Source: Callorhinchus milii (lineage: Eukaryota). From it: 64,000 nt of DNA. The notes beneath the pieces are model-generated. The model searched no databases, had not been told where the DNA came from, and saw only the letters and a list, made by a program, of their open reading frames with translations. Shown piece after piece: positions 13,331-22,535 of this stretch. Positions within the stretch are counted from its first letter, which is position 1; the number at the start of each line of letters is the position of its first letter. Made by a program: the position numbers and the translations under genes. The stretch spans positions 138,262,001 to 138,326,000 of the forward strand of contig NW_024704742.1 of NCBI RefSeq assembly GCF_018977255.1, written 5' to 3'.

Positions 13331-13511
13331 ATGTTTTTGTGTTTCACTTTAGGGTACATCCTGTGAAGAGCTTTGAGACTATGTAGGTACTAAGGGAATA
13401 AATGTGTCGGAGACTTGAGCTCACAGCCCAGGCTGATGCTCCAGTGCAGTGCTTTGGGGAGAGAGAGAGAGTGCCACATTGTCGGAGACATCGTCCTTCC
13501 GTTCCGTTTGT

Positions 13512-13835
13512 GGAGTCCTGTAGCTCAGTGGTTAGAGCACTCGCTTTGCAAGTGAGAGACCTGAGTTCAATTCCAGGCAGAGGGCGAAACCTCGGGCAAG
13601 TTTCCTTACTCCACACAGAGCCTAATAATAATCCCTCCAAAACCCCAAAACAATAATAAATTGGTCATTTTCAATCCGCGACTGTTTGTGGGACATTGCT
13701 GTGCGCAATTGGCTGCCGCGTTCGCCCACAAATATACAGTCAATTCACTTTACAGTGTGTTCTGTGAAGCGCTTTGGGACGTCCTCCCGACGTGAAAAGC
13801 GCTATATCAAATGCAAGGATTATTTTATTATTATT
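13512..13835 (+). mobile_element. Full-length young tRNA-Ala-derived Deu-domain SINE (short subfamily), inserted into an older Deu-SINE (about 13390-14000)
   Basis: Head GGAGTCCTGTAGCTCAGTGGTTAGAGC (A box), anticodon arm ctcgc-tt-TGC-aa-gtgag, GAGTTCAATTCC (B box), Deu-like core, L2-type 3' stem-loop, (ATT)n tail. Confidence 0.95.
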
Positions 13836-14007
13836 CAGATGTTGAACCAAGGTTTTGTCTGTGCCTGTTTGGGTGGACGTTAAAGAAGAGAAGGGAGTTT
13901 CTCTTTCTTTCCCGGTGTCCAGGCCAACAATTCCCCAGATAAAATCACTCATCTCATGGCTGTTTGCAGGACGTTCCTGTGAGGAAATTTGCTGCCACAT
14001 TCAGCTC

Positions 14008-14560
14008 GGACTCCTGTAGCTCAGTGGTTAGAGCACTCGCCTCGTAAGAAAGATGACCTGGGTTTGATTCCCGGCCAGGGGAAAACTGTGGAAAAATTCT
14101 TCACTCCACATGCCTCTGATTACCCAGCAATAAATAGAAACCCACTTGTTAGTTGATTGGCAGATTGCTTTCTGGGGATAATAGTACCTTAAAAAAAGAG
14201 GTGGTCACTCAATCCACGACTGTTTGTGGGACGCTGCTGTGCGCAATTGGCTGCTGCGTTTCGCCCACAAATATACAGTAAATTCACTTCACATTATGTT
14301 CTGTGAAGCGCTTTGAGACGTCTCAAAACTATATCAGATGCAAGGATTTTGTGGAGTCCTGTAGCTCAGTGGTTAGAGCACTCGCCTTGCAAGCGACACA
14401 CCTGGGGTTCAATTCTAGGCAGGTCAGGGCGAAACCTTGGGCAAGTTTCCTTACTCCACACAGTCAATTCACTTTACAGTCTATTCTGTGAAGCGCTTTG
14501 AGACGTCGAGAAGACGTGAAAAACGCTATATTAAATGCAAAGATTATTATTATTATTACA
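14008..14560 (+). mobile_element. Tandem SINEs: long-subfamily copy followed by an internally deleted copy
   Basis: Two tRNA heads at about 14008 and 14352. The second jumps from ccttactccacac directly to agtcaattcac. Confidence 0.88.
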
Positions 14561-14624
14561 AGGATTATTAAAACGCGGTAGCCAATTGCACACAGCAGTG
14601 TCCACAAACAGTCGTGGATTATTA

Positions 14625-15092
14625 GAACATAAGAAATGTTAGACGAAAAAAGACCAAGGTCATTCTAGTTTGCCTTCCACCTTCCCGGTGGTCGCTGCAC
14701 ATATGTCCTGAGCTCCCTATGTACTATATCCCATCATGTTATTTCCTAAAAGAAAACCATCTTTGTTTGTGTTTGAAAGAATCAACATTTGCTGCTTCAG
14801 CCGTCTCCCTCGGGAGCCTGTTCCACAGGTTCACTAATCGCTCATTGAAATAGTGTTTGCATAGATTTGTTCTGAATTTCTCCCTCTGGTTTTACTATTC
14901 TGGACAAGTTGAAACAGACAGTCATGATCCAGATTGTTTGGCCCCTTTAGAATCTTAGACAGCAATCGTGTCGCCTCTCAATCTGCTCTTTCCCAGTGTG
15001 AACACACCCAACTTACTGAGTCGCTCCTCATAGTCCAGTCCCTCCATTCCCTCAATCATTTGGTTGCCCTCCTCTGTATCTTCTCGATTTCT
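14625..15092 (-). mobile_element. CR1 3' fragment, same family as 1022-1940
   Basis: Near-identical to about 1570-1941 and carries the gaacataagaaatg tail. Confidence 0.9.
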
Positions 15093-15115
15093 CCTGTAAT
15101 CTTTATTGTACAGCA

Positions 15116-15343
15116 ATGAAACGCTGCTTTGACAAAAAAGTCATAGCGACTGAATATGATGTGGGAGACTTGGTTATGGTTATGGACTTCGGGAAGAAAA
15201 GTCATCCTTTTGAAGCCCGATATAGAGGCCGCTTTCCCATAGTAGATAAAGCCAGCCCCTCTGTATATTTACTACAATACAATATAAAAAGGAGGAAGCA
15301 CACGAGATGGCATCACATTAATCAGCTGAAACTGTATAAGTAA
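15116..15343 (+). pseudogene. LTR-retroelement/endogenous retrovirus integrase C-terminal fragment
   Basis: YDVGDLVMV...FEARYRGRFPIVDKASPSVYLL...WHHINQLKLY matches the VGD-x-V / GPY-F-like / H-x-x-QLK pattern of integrase C-termini. It lies upstream of a PPT and LTR. Confidence 0.85.
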
Positions 15344-15383
15344 CACATAATCTGCTTGATCCTTTATAGAAGCAGAACCAAGG

Positions 15384-15542
15384 ATGAGAACGTGGTACTC
15401 ATTAGCAATCTGGATCATCGTGACACCTGCTGCATCAACACCCCTTCATGCACTTGATGTCACAAGTGTTCACGATTGTCCAAATGATAGTGATGGTAGT
15501 GCTGATCGGGTCAGTGTGGTGGGCCCGCCGACCAGTTCATGA
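15384..15542 (+). pseudogene. Truncated env-like ORF (52 aa) with signal-peptide-like start
   Basis: Splice acceptor cctttatAG (15361-15369) just after the pol stop, then ATG: MRTWYSLAIWIIVTPAASTPLHALDVTSVHDCPND...; located between pol and the PPT. Confidence 0.5.
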
Positions 15543-15737
15543 GCTACAACAATGAGCAACCCAGGCGGACCTAATATATTTAATTCGGAGGTGAGGGGTC
15601 AAGGTTTAAGCCTTTCCCCCTCAAGGTGGGGACTGTAAATAATGATTAGCTATGGATGATTATGTTATGTATGATCATGACTATAAGCGTTGATTCATAT
15701 AATTATGGGTAATGTATTCCCTGTTGTTTCATAACAG

Positions 15738-16226
15738 ATATTACAAGAGGACTATTCTAATTTGCCCAAAGCAGATATTCTTGCCCTGAGTGTGACCATC
15801 ACCCTGGCTGCAGGAGTGGAAAGACTGCCTCACAATGACATGGCCTGGTATTACATCTGAAAAGGCAACCTTCCCGCAATACCTTTGCAGTTGTCACATG
15901 AATTTTATGGTCTACTGAAGTTGATGGTTCATCCAAATCCAATTGAGAGGCCTTCAGCAGCTGCCCGGACCAAACACCCCACACTTCGCAGAACAATGGG
16001 AAAATCAGCAACACAGCTCCGCAAGGAGCTCAACGTAGAATGCTTCAGGTCTGCCATGTTGGAAAGGGAACAGATGAAAGCTCGGCTGTTGCAGGCCTTC
16101 CCTCGGACAGACCTCACAGAAGTCCTCCACCCTTGGAAGAAGGACCTCCTGCCAGGGAAGAAGAACCAATGGTTGGTGGGAGGCAGAAGCAATCGGTCAG
16201 TGAGCTTCAACTGTGGTGGCTACTGA
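15738..16226 (+). pseudogene. wee2: Processed (intronless) fragment of a Wee1-family kinase, WEE2/oocyte-type: C-lobe end plus C-terminal tail
   Basis: One frame reads [110 protein letters not shown]...LVGGRSNRSVSFNCGGY*. This matches the Wee1/Wee2 motifs ILQEDY-x-x-LPKADIFAL, HPDPERRPSA, QLR-x-ELN and RS-x-SF-x-CGGY. In-frame TGA at 15858-15860. Confidence 0.93.
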
Positions 16227-16285
16227 AGCCATCTCTGTGCAATGCTCTCAAGAAAGATTCGAATCTGATGAACCAGCTTACTCCA

Positions 16286-16490
16286 ATCCCTCCAAAACAA
16301 AAAACAATAATAAATTGGTCATTTTCAATCCATGACTGTTTGTGGGACACTACTGTGTGCAATTGGCTGCTGCGTTTCGCCCACAAATATACAGTCAATT
16401 CACTTTACAGTCTATTCTGTGAAGCGCTTTGAGATGTTGAGAAGACGTGAAAAGCACTATATCAAATGCAAGGATTATTATTATTATTAA
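16286..16490 (+). mobile_element. 5'-truncated SINE (Deu core plus tail) about 60 nt downstream of the wee2 stop
   Basis: Matches SINE consensus from aatccctccaaaac to the (ATT)n tail, in the same orientation as wee2. Confidence 0.92.
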
Positions 16491-17511
16491 TAAGGAGAAT
16501 AGGCAATTGAATGACCTATAAAACCCCTGGTCAGCAGTAAATGGAACCTAGTGGCCAGCAGGCCGGTACACACTGGTTTAGAGCTATCAGAGACGTTAGA
16601 CCAAGTTATATTTTCCAGAACAAAGAAACATGTCAGCAAACAGTTTCAAGGCCAGGACAGGGAGACTGGGAGGAGGAGATTAGGAGTCAGGAGAAGACTC
16701 ACGAGGGGCAAAGGAATGTGGAAGAACTCATCACTGAGGGGTACCAATACAATAAAGACCATGTGTGTTGGGACTGCTGACTAGTTCGTGAGCAGATCTG
16801 AAGGAAGGTAACGGTCAAAAGGTGATGGATGTGACTGTAAGAGTCAGTACTTATAGAAACTGAGTGAAGTTGTCACTGATTGGGGAGAGAACAGAGGAGG
16901 AGGCTCTGTGGTCACCCTTGCGAAGGGCTGACCTCTCCAACCAAAACCACAGAAACTCAAGATTGAGAACGACTCCTCGGAGGACGAGCTGGAGGGCTGA
17001 AGGAGCGAGAACCACACAGACTCTGAGTCAAAACTCAGGGACCAGCAAACCGGCAGCTCTTCCAGTCGATCACGCTGATCACTGGAGAACTCCGGACTGC
17101 AGACTTCAGGGGAAAGATCGGCTAAGGCAGAATAGCACAGACACACCAGAGGGAGACGGGGCAGCCAAGCGAGAGAGTGAGAGAAAGAGAAAAGGAAGCC
17201 TTGTCACAGACTCCAGAGACCAGTCAAATTTGACCGCTGACCCAGCCTCCTTTCCCAGCAAGCGTCTTCTACCAACCGTGGTGATTGACTGCTGGTTACC
17301 AGTAGGATATTTTCGCACATCCACACATCCATGCATAACGCGCCCTCTTTCCCTTAAAACCTTTGATATTATGTGATCCAAACTTATGATTTATCGAGCC
17401 GTATTCGGGATTAGTACGCGACCATATGTGATCTGGGACTGTATGTGATCTATTTAGTTTAAAGTCTAATGTTCATTTAACCCTTAAGGTATAAACCAAT
17501 CACTAACCCAG

Positions 17512-18024
17512 TGTTAGAAAATAAAATCTTCTTTTCGAGTTCCAATCAAACACAACCACTGTTTGCAACCAGAGTAGTGTTTATTAAACTCCAGGATCCG
17601 TCCAAGTTCCCGATGGGCGTGGGCAAGTGAGCACAATCAATAGATTCACTAACAGAACGATACTACCGCGTAATCCCTCCTCGTGGTCATCTACTTCTGC
17701 CTTCTAGCTCTCAGTCTTCCACCCACGGTAGGTACTGTCCTGGGCGCGCGATCTTGGTCTGGCACGGTGTCTTAAGCTTGTGTCCATCCAATTATGGTGG
17801 AGACATTAGGTCACCTGGCCAAAATCATGCTGGGTTCACGTGAACATCTCATGGGGTGTACGTGCCTCACACACACAAACACACTGTCCTTGAGACAGTC
17901 CGTTATCTTGTGTAAGTGCAGGGAGTTTCAGTCCAGCTGCCCACAACACACTTAACTTAAAAGTTAACCCGTTCGCAACATCTATTATGATTCTAACATT
18001 ATACAAAAAGTGTAAATTCTAACA
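17512..18024 (-). mobile_element. Solo LTR (513 bp) nested in the larger LTR
   Basis: Inverted termini TGTTAGAA...TTCTAACA and a 4-bp TSD CCAG (17508-17511, 18025-18028). AATAAA on the minus strand at about 17580 gives the orientation. Confidence 0.88.
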
Positions 18025-19111
18025 CCAGTTATTTTGATTGAACTTATACTACCAAAACGGTGTTGAGATCTGTGTGTGTATCAATTCAGCCGTTGCCGCT
18101 ACAGTTTACACAATCCCCCAATAAAGATGGTCACTCACTCCATGGCTATTTCTGGCATTTTGCTGAGTAGAAGATGGCTGACTCGTTCACCCACAAACTG
18201 AACACAGTCACTGCACTTTACAATATATTTTGTGAAGCGCTTTGAGATGTCTCGAGGCGCCATATCAAGTGCAAGGATTATTATTATTATAAATTGTTCA
18301 AGGCTTCTAAATGATGTGATAAGTCACCGGATGTCCTCCGGACATGAAAGGCGCTATACAAATGTAATCTTGTTGTTGTTGTATCTCAACAAGGTTATGA
18401 TTGTGGTATTATGTGGGATTATGATATTATTACTATTAAAGTCCGGGATCCCAGAGCCACAAAGCCATCGTCACTTGTGTTCCTGAAAGTGGCGTCTTGC
18501 CAATAATCTGTGCTCAACCCAGGACCAAATAAGGCAGCGATGGTGATGCATGGATGAATTGAAGGATATTACACTGCGGTACACTACTGAAATCTGACAG
18601 CCAAGCCAAGGCCAATTTCCTGAAGTGATTGACACAAAAAAGTCCCTGGAGGATAGCCTGACGGTCAGGGAGAGGGGGAAGAACAGTTAGTGAGAGTACA
18701 CGGTACCCCAATTACCCTAGTCCTCGCCAGGCTCCACTGGCTCCCTATCACACACACTAAACTCCGTACCCCATCACCCCAGCCCTCGAGGGTCAGTGAG
18801 GGACGTCTCGATGACGTGATGAGGCGCTATAACAAATGCAAGGATTATGATTATTATAAGTCGTTTGAGGCCTCCAAATGATGTGATAAGTTGCCGTATC
18901 CCAACAAGATTATGATTGTGATATTATGAATTATTATATATCATAATAATAATCACTCCGCCTCGCCCCCTCCTTAGCCTCCTTCAAGTCCCACCTCAAG
19001 ACCCTCCTCTTCGACCATGCCATCGGCCACCCCCTTCCCCTCCCTTCTCCCCTGACCTCAGCTCGGCTATACAAAAGTAATCTTGTTGTATTATTATTAT
19101 TAAAGTCCGGA

Positions 19112-21032
19112 CAATGAGGGTCAATAAGAAGGTAAGTGAGGAGGTCAGTGAGGAGATCAATGAGGAGGTCAATGAGAAGGACAGTGAGGAGGTCAGTGAG
19201 GGACAGAGAGGAGGTCAGTGAGTGATAGTGAGGGTCAGTGAAGAGGTCAGTGAGGAGGTCAATGAGGACAGTGTGGAGGTCAGTGAGGGACAGTAAACAG
19301 ATCCGTGGGGGACAGTGAGGGATAGTGAGGGGCAGTGAGAGTCTGTGAGGAGGTTAGTGAGGACGTTAGTGAGGGACAGTGAGTTCAGTGAGGGACACTG
19401 GGTCAGTGAGGAGGACAGTGAGGGTCAATAAGGGACAGTGAGGAGGACAGTGAGTGTCAGTAAGGGACAGTGAGGAGGACAGTGAGTGTGTTCTGTGAAG
19501 CGCTTTGGGATGTCCTCCTGACAGTGAGGAGGACAGTGAGGGTCAGTGAGGGACAGTGAGTGTCAGTGAAGGACAGTGAGGAGGACAGTGAGGGACAGTG
19601 AGGACAGTAAGGGTCAGTGAGTTGGTCAGTGAGGGACAGTGACGGTCTGAGGAGGACAGTGAGGGTCAGTGAGGGTCTGAGGGGGTCAGTGAGGAGGTCA
19701 GTGAAGGACAGTGAGGAGGTTAGTGAGGGACAGTGAGTGCCAGTGAGGAGGACAATGAGGGCCAGTGAGGACAGTGAGTGGGACAGTGAGGAGGACAGTG
19801 AGGGTCAGGAGGGGGACAGTGAGGGTCAGTGAGGAGGACAATGAGGGCCAGTGAGGGGGACAGTGAGGACAGTGAGTGGGACAGTGAGGGTCAGGAGGGG
19901 GACAGTGAGGGTCAGTGAGGGAGACAGTGAGGGTCAGTGAGGAGACAGTGAGGGTCAGTGAGGGAGACAGTGAGGGTCAGTGAGGGAGACAGTGAGGGTC
20001 AGTGAGGGAGACAGTGAGGGTCAGTGAGGGAGACAGTGAGGGTCAGTGAGGGAGACAGTGAGGGTCAGTGAGGGAGACAGTGAGGGGGACAGTGAGGGTC
20101 AGTGAGGGGCACAGTGAGGGTCAGTGAGGGGTGAGTGAGGGAGACAGTGGGAGACAGTGAGGGTCAGTGAGGGAGACAGTGAGGGGGACAGTGAGGGTCA
20201 GTGAGGGGCACAGTGAGGGTCAGTGAGGGGTCAGTGAGGGAGACAGTGGGAGACAGTGAGGGAGACAGTGGGAGACAGTGAGGGTCAGTGAGGGAGACAG
20301 TGAGGGTGAGTGAGGGAGACAGTGAGGGTCAGTGAGGGTCAGTGAGGGAGACAGTGAGGGTCAGTGAGGGGGACAGTGAGGGTCAGTGAGGGGGACAGTG
20401 AGGGGGACAGTGAGGGGGACAGTGAGGGGGACAGTGAGGGGGACAGTGAGGGTCAGTGAGGGGGACAGTGAGGGTCAGTGAGGGAGACAGTGAGGGTCAG
20501 TGAGCGGGGACAGTGAGGGTCAGTGAGGGACAGTGAGGGGGACAGTGAGGGGGACAGTGAGGAGGGGACAGTGAGGGGACAGTGAGGGTCAGTGAGGGGG
20601 ACAGTGAGGGTCAGTGAGGGAGACAGTGAGGTGACAGTGGCAGTGAGGGGACAGTGGGGGGGACAGTGAGGGGACAGTGAGGGAGACAGTGGGGTCAGTG
20701 AGGGACAGTGAGGGGACAGTGAGGGAGGACAGTGAGGGAGACAGTGAGGGTCAGTGAGGGGGACAGTGAGGGTCAGTGAGGGAGACAGTGAGGGTCAGTG
20801 AGGGGAACAGTGAGGGGGACAGTGAGGGGACAGTGAGGGAGACAGTGAGGGTCAGTGAGGGGGACAGTGAGGGTCAGTGAGGGAGACAGTGAGGGTCAGT
20901 GAGGGGAACAGTGAGGGGGACAGTGAGGGGACAGTGAGGGAGACAGTGAGGGTCAGTGAGGGGACAGTGAGGGAGACAGTAGGAGACAGTGAGGGTCAGT
21001 GAGGGGGACAGTGAGGGTCAGTGAGGGTCAGT
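19112..21032. repeat. CAGTGAGGG-based minisatellite
   Basis: Well over a hundred units of about 10-12 bp, (GA/GT)CAGTGAGGG, becoming more homogeneous towards the right. Confidence 0.97.
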
Positions 21033-21120
21033 GACGCTGTTTGCGTGATGACGTAGGAGGGGATGACGTGGCCGCGCGCAGTGGTTTCCCTTCGATGGAA
21101 GAATCCAGAAAAAATATCGG
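21031..21120 (+). promoter_or_regulatory. Putative core promoter island with three CRE-type motifs
   Basis: TGACG (21032), TGATGACGTA (21046-21055) and GATGACGTGGC (21062-21072, XBP1/CREB3-type), followed by CCGCGCGC. This is a CpG-dense unique island in an otherwise CpG-poor satellite. Confidence 0.6.
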
Positions 21121-22055
21121 GACAGAGAGAGTGAGAGTGAGAATAGAGAGAGAGAGTGAGAATAGAGAGAGAGAGTGAGAGTGAGAATAGAGAGAGAGAG
21201 AGACTGTGAGAATAGAGAGAGAGAGAGGATAGAGAGAGTGTGTGAATAGAGAGAGAGGAGAGAGTGAGTGTGAATAGAGAGAGAGAGAGAGTGAGTGTGA
21301 GAATAGAGAGAGAGTGAGTGTGAGAATAGAGAGAGAGAGAGAGTGAGTGTGAGAATAGAGAGAGAAGAGAGAGTGTGTGAATAGAGAGAGAGAGAGGGGA
21401 GAGTGAGTGTGAGAATAGAGAGCGATAGAGGATAGAGAGAGTGAGTGTGAGAATAGAGAGAGAGGAGAGAGAGTGTGTGAATAGAGAGAGAGAGAGGAGA
21501 GAGTGAGTGTGAGAATAGAGAGCGAGAGAGGATAGAGAGAGTGTGTGAAAAGAGAGAGAGAGGAAAGAGTGAGTGTGAGAATAGACAGAGAGGAGAGAGA
21601 GTGTGTGAATAGAGAGAGAGAGGAGAGAGTGAGTGTGAGAATAGAGAGCGAGAGAGGATAGAGAGAGTGTGTGAAAAGAGAGAGAGAGGAGAGAGTGAGT
21701 GTGAGAATAGATAGAGAGGGGGAGGATAGAGAGAGTGTGAATAGAGAGAGGAGTGGAGTGCAGTGATTTGGCGGCGGAGAGAGCGAAAGTGTGAGAATAG
21801 ATATGCAGACAGAAAGAGAGAGAGAATGTGAGAATAGAGAGAAAAAGAGCGAGAGATAGAGTGAGAATTGAGAGAGATAAGTGTGAGAATAGAGTGTGGG
21901 AATAGAGAGATAGAGAAAGATAGTGTGGGAATAGAGAGAGAGAGAGAGAGAGAGAAAGGTAGAGTGTGAGAATAGAGAGAGAGTGTGAGAACAGAGAGAT
22001 AGAGTGTGAGAATAGAGTGTGGGAATAGAGAGATAGAGAAAGATAGTGTGGGAAT

Positions 22056-22086
<31 letters not shown>

Positions 22087-22409
22087 TAGAGTGTGAGAAT
22101 AGAGAGAGAGTGTGAGAACAGAGATATAGAGTGTGAGAAAATAGAGAGAGAGAAAGATAGAGTGTGAGAATAGAGAGAGAGAGAGAGTGTGAGAATATAG
22201 AGAAAGAGAGAGAGAGTGTGAGAATAGAGAGAGAGAGATAGAGTGTGAGAATATAGAGAAAGAGAGAGAGTGTGAGAATAGAGAGAGAGAGAGTGAGAAT
22301 AGAGAGAGAGATGGTGTGAAAATAAAGAGTGAGAATATAGTGAAAGAGAGAGAGAGTGTGAGATTAGAGAAAAAAGAAGGAGAGAGTGTGAGAATAGACA
22401 GAGAGAGAG
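21121..22409. repeat. (GA)n-derived satellite with GTGTGAGAATAGAGAG units
   Basis: Direct inspection; it is the source of the spurious 488-aa minus-strand ORFs. Confidence 0.97.
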
Positions 22410-22491
22410 GAGTGGAGCCGCAGTGATTTGTCGGCGGAGAGGAAGAGGAAGAGGAGGAAGAGGAGGCTGTGTCCTGAGCTGCAATGTGAGT
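22410..22491 (+). other. Candidate non-coding first-exon segment ending in a splice donor
   Basis: Unique CpG-containing island ending CAAT|GTGAGT (GT at 22486). No downstream coding exon was recognised in the window. Confidence 0.4.
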
Positions 22492-22535
22492 CACGCTTTA
22501 CCTTCATTTATTGTGAGCTTCAGGCTCCGGGCACC

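Larger units (their letters stand above)
15634..18110 (+). mobile_element. 3' LTR of the retroelement (about 1.2 kb after removing inserts)
   Basis: PPT-like aaggtgggga(c) at 15623-15633, immediately followed by TGTAAA. Inverted terminus TTTACA at 18105-18110, after which unrelated SINE sequence starts. Confidence 0.72.

Noticed and set aside
13512..13585. tRNA-Ala(UGC/CGC)-like genes
   Set aside because: No proper acceptor stem, and always continuous with the SINE body. These are SINE heads present in dozens of copies.
15885..16226. Functional wee2 exon of the resident gene
   Set aside because: In-frame stop upstream, substitutions at conserved sites, no introns, no other kinase exons recognised in the window, and embedded in an LTR.
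16864..17376. 170-aa ORF as a viral accessory gene
   Set aside because: Non-ATG start, no recognisable motif, and located in the probable R/U5 part of the LTR; unsupported without other copies.
19112..21032. CRISPR-like repeat array
   Set aside because: No unique spacers and no cas genes, in a vertebrate context; it is a minisatellite.
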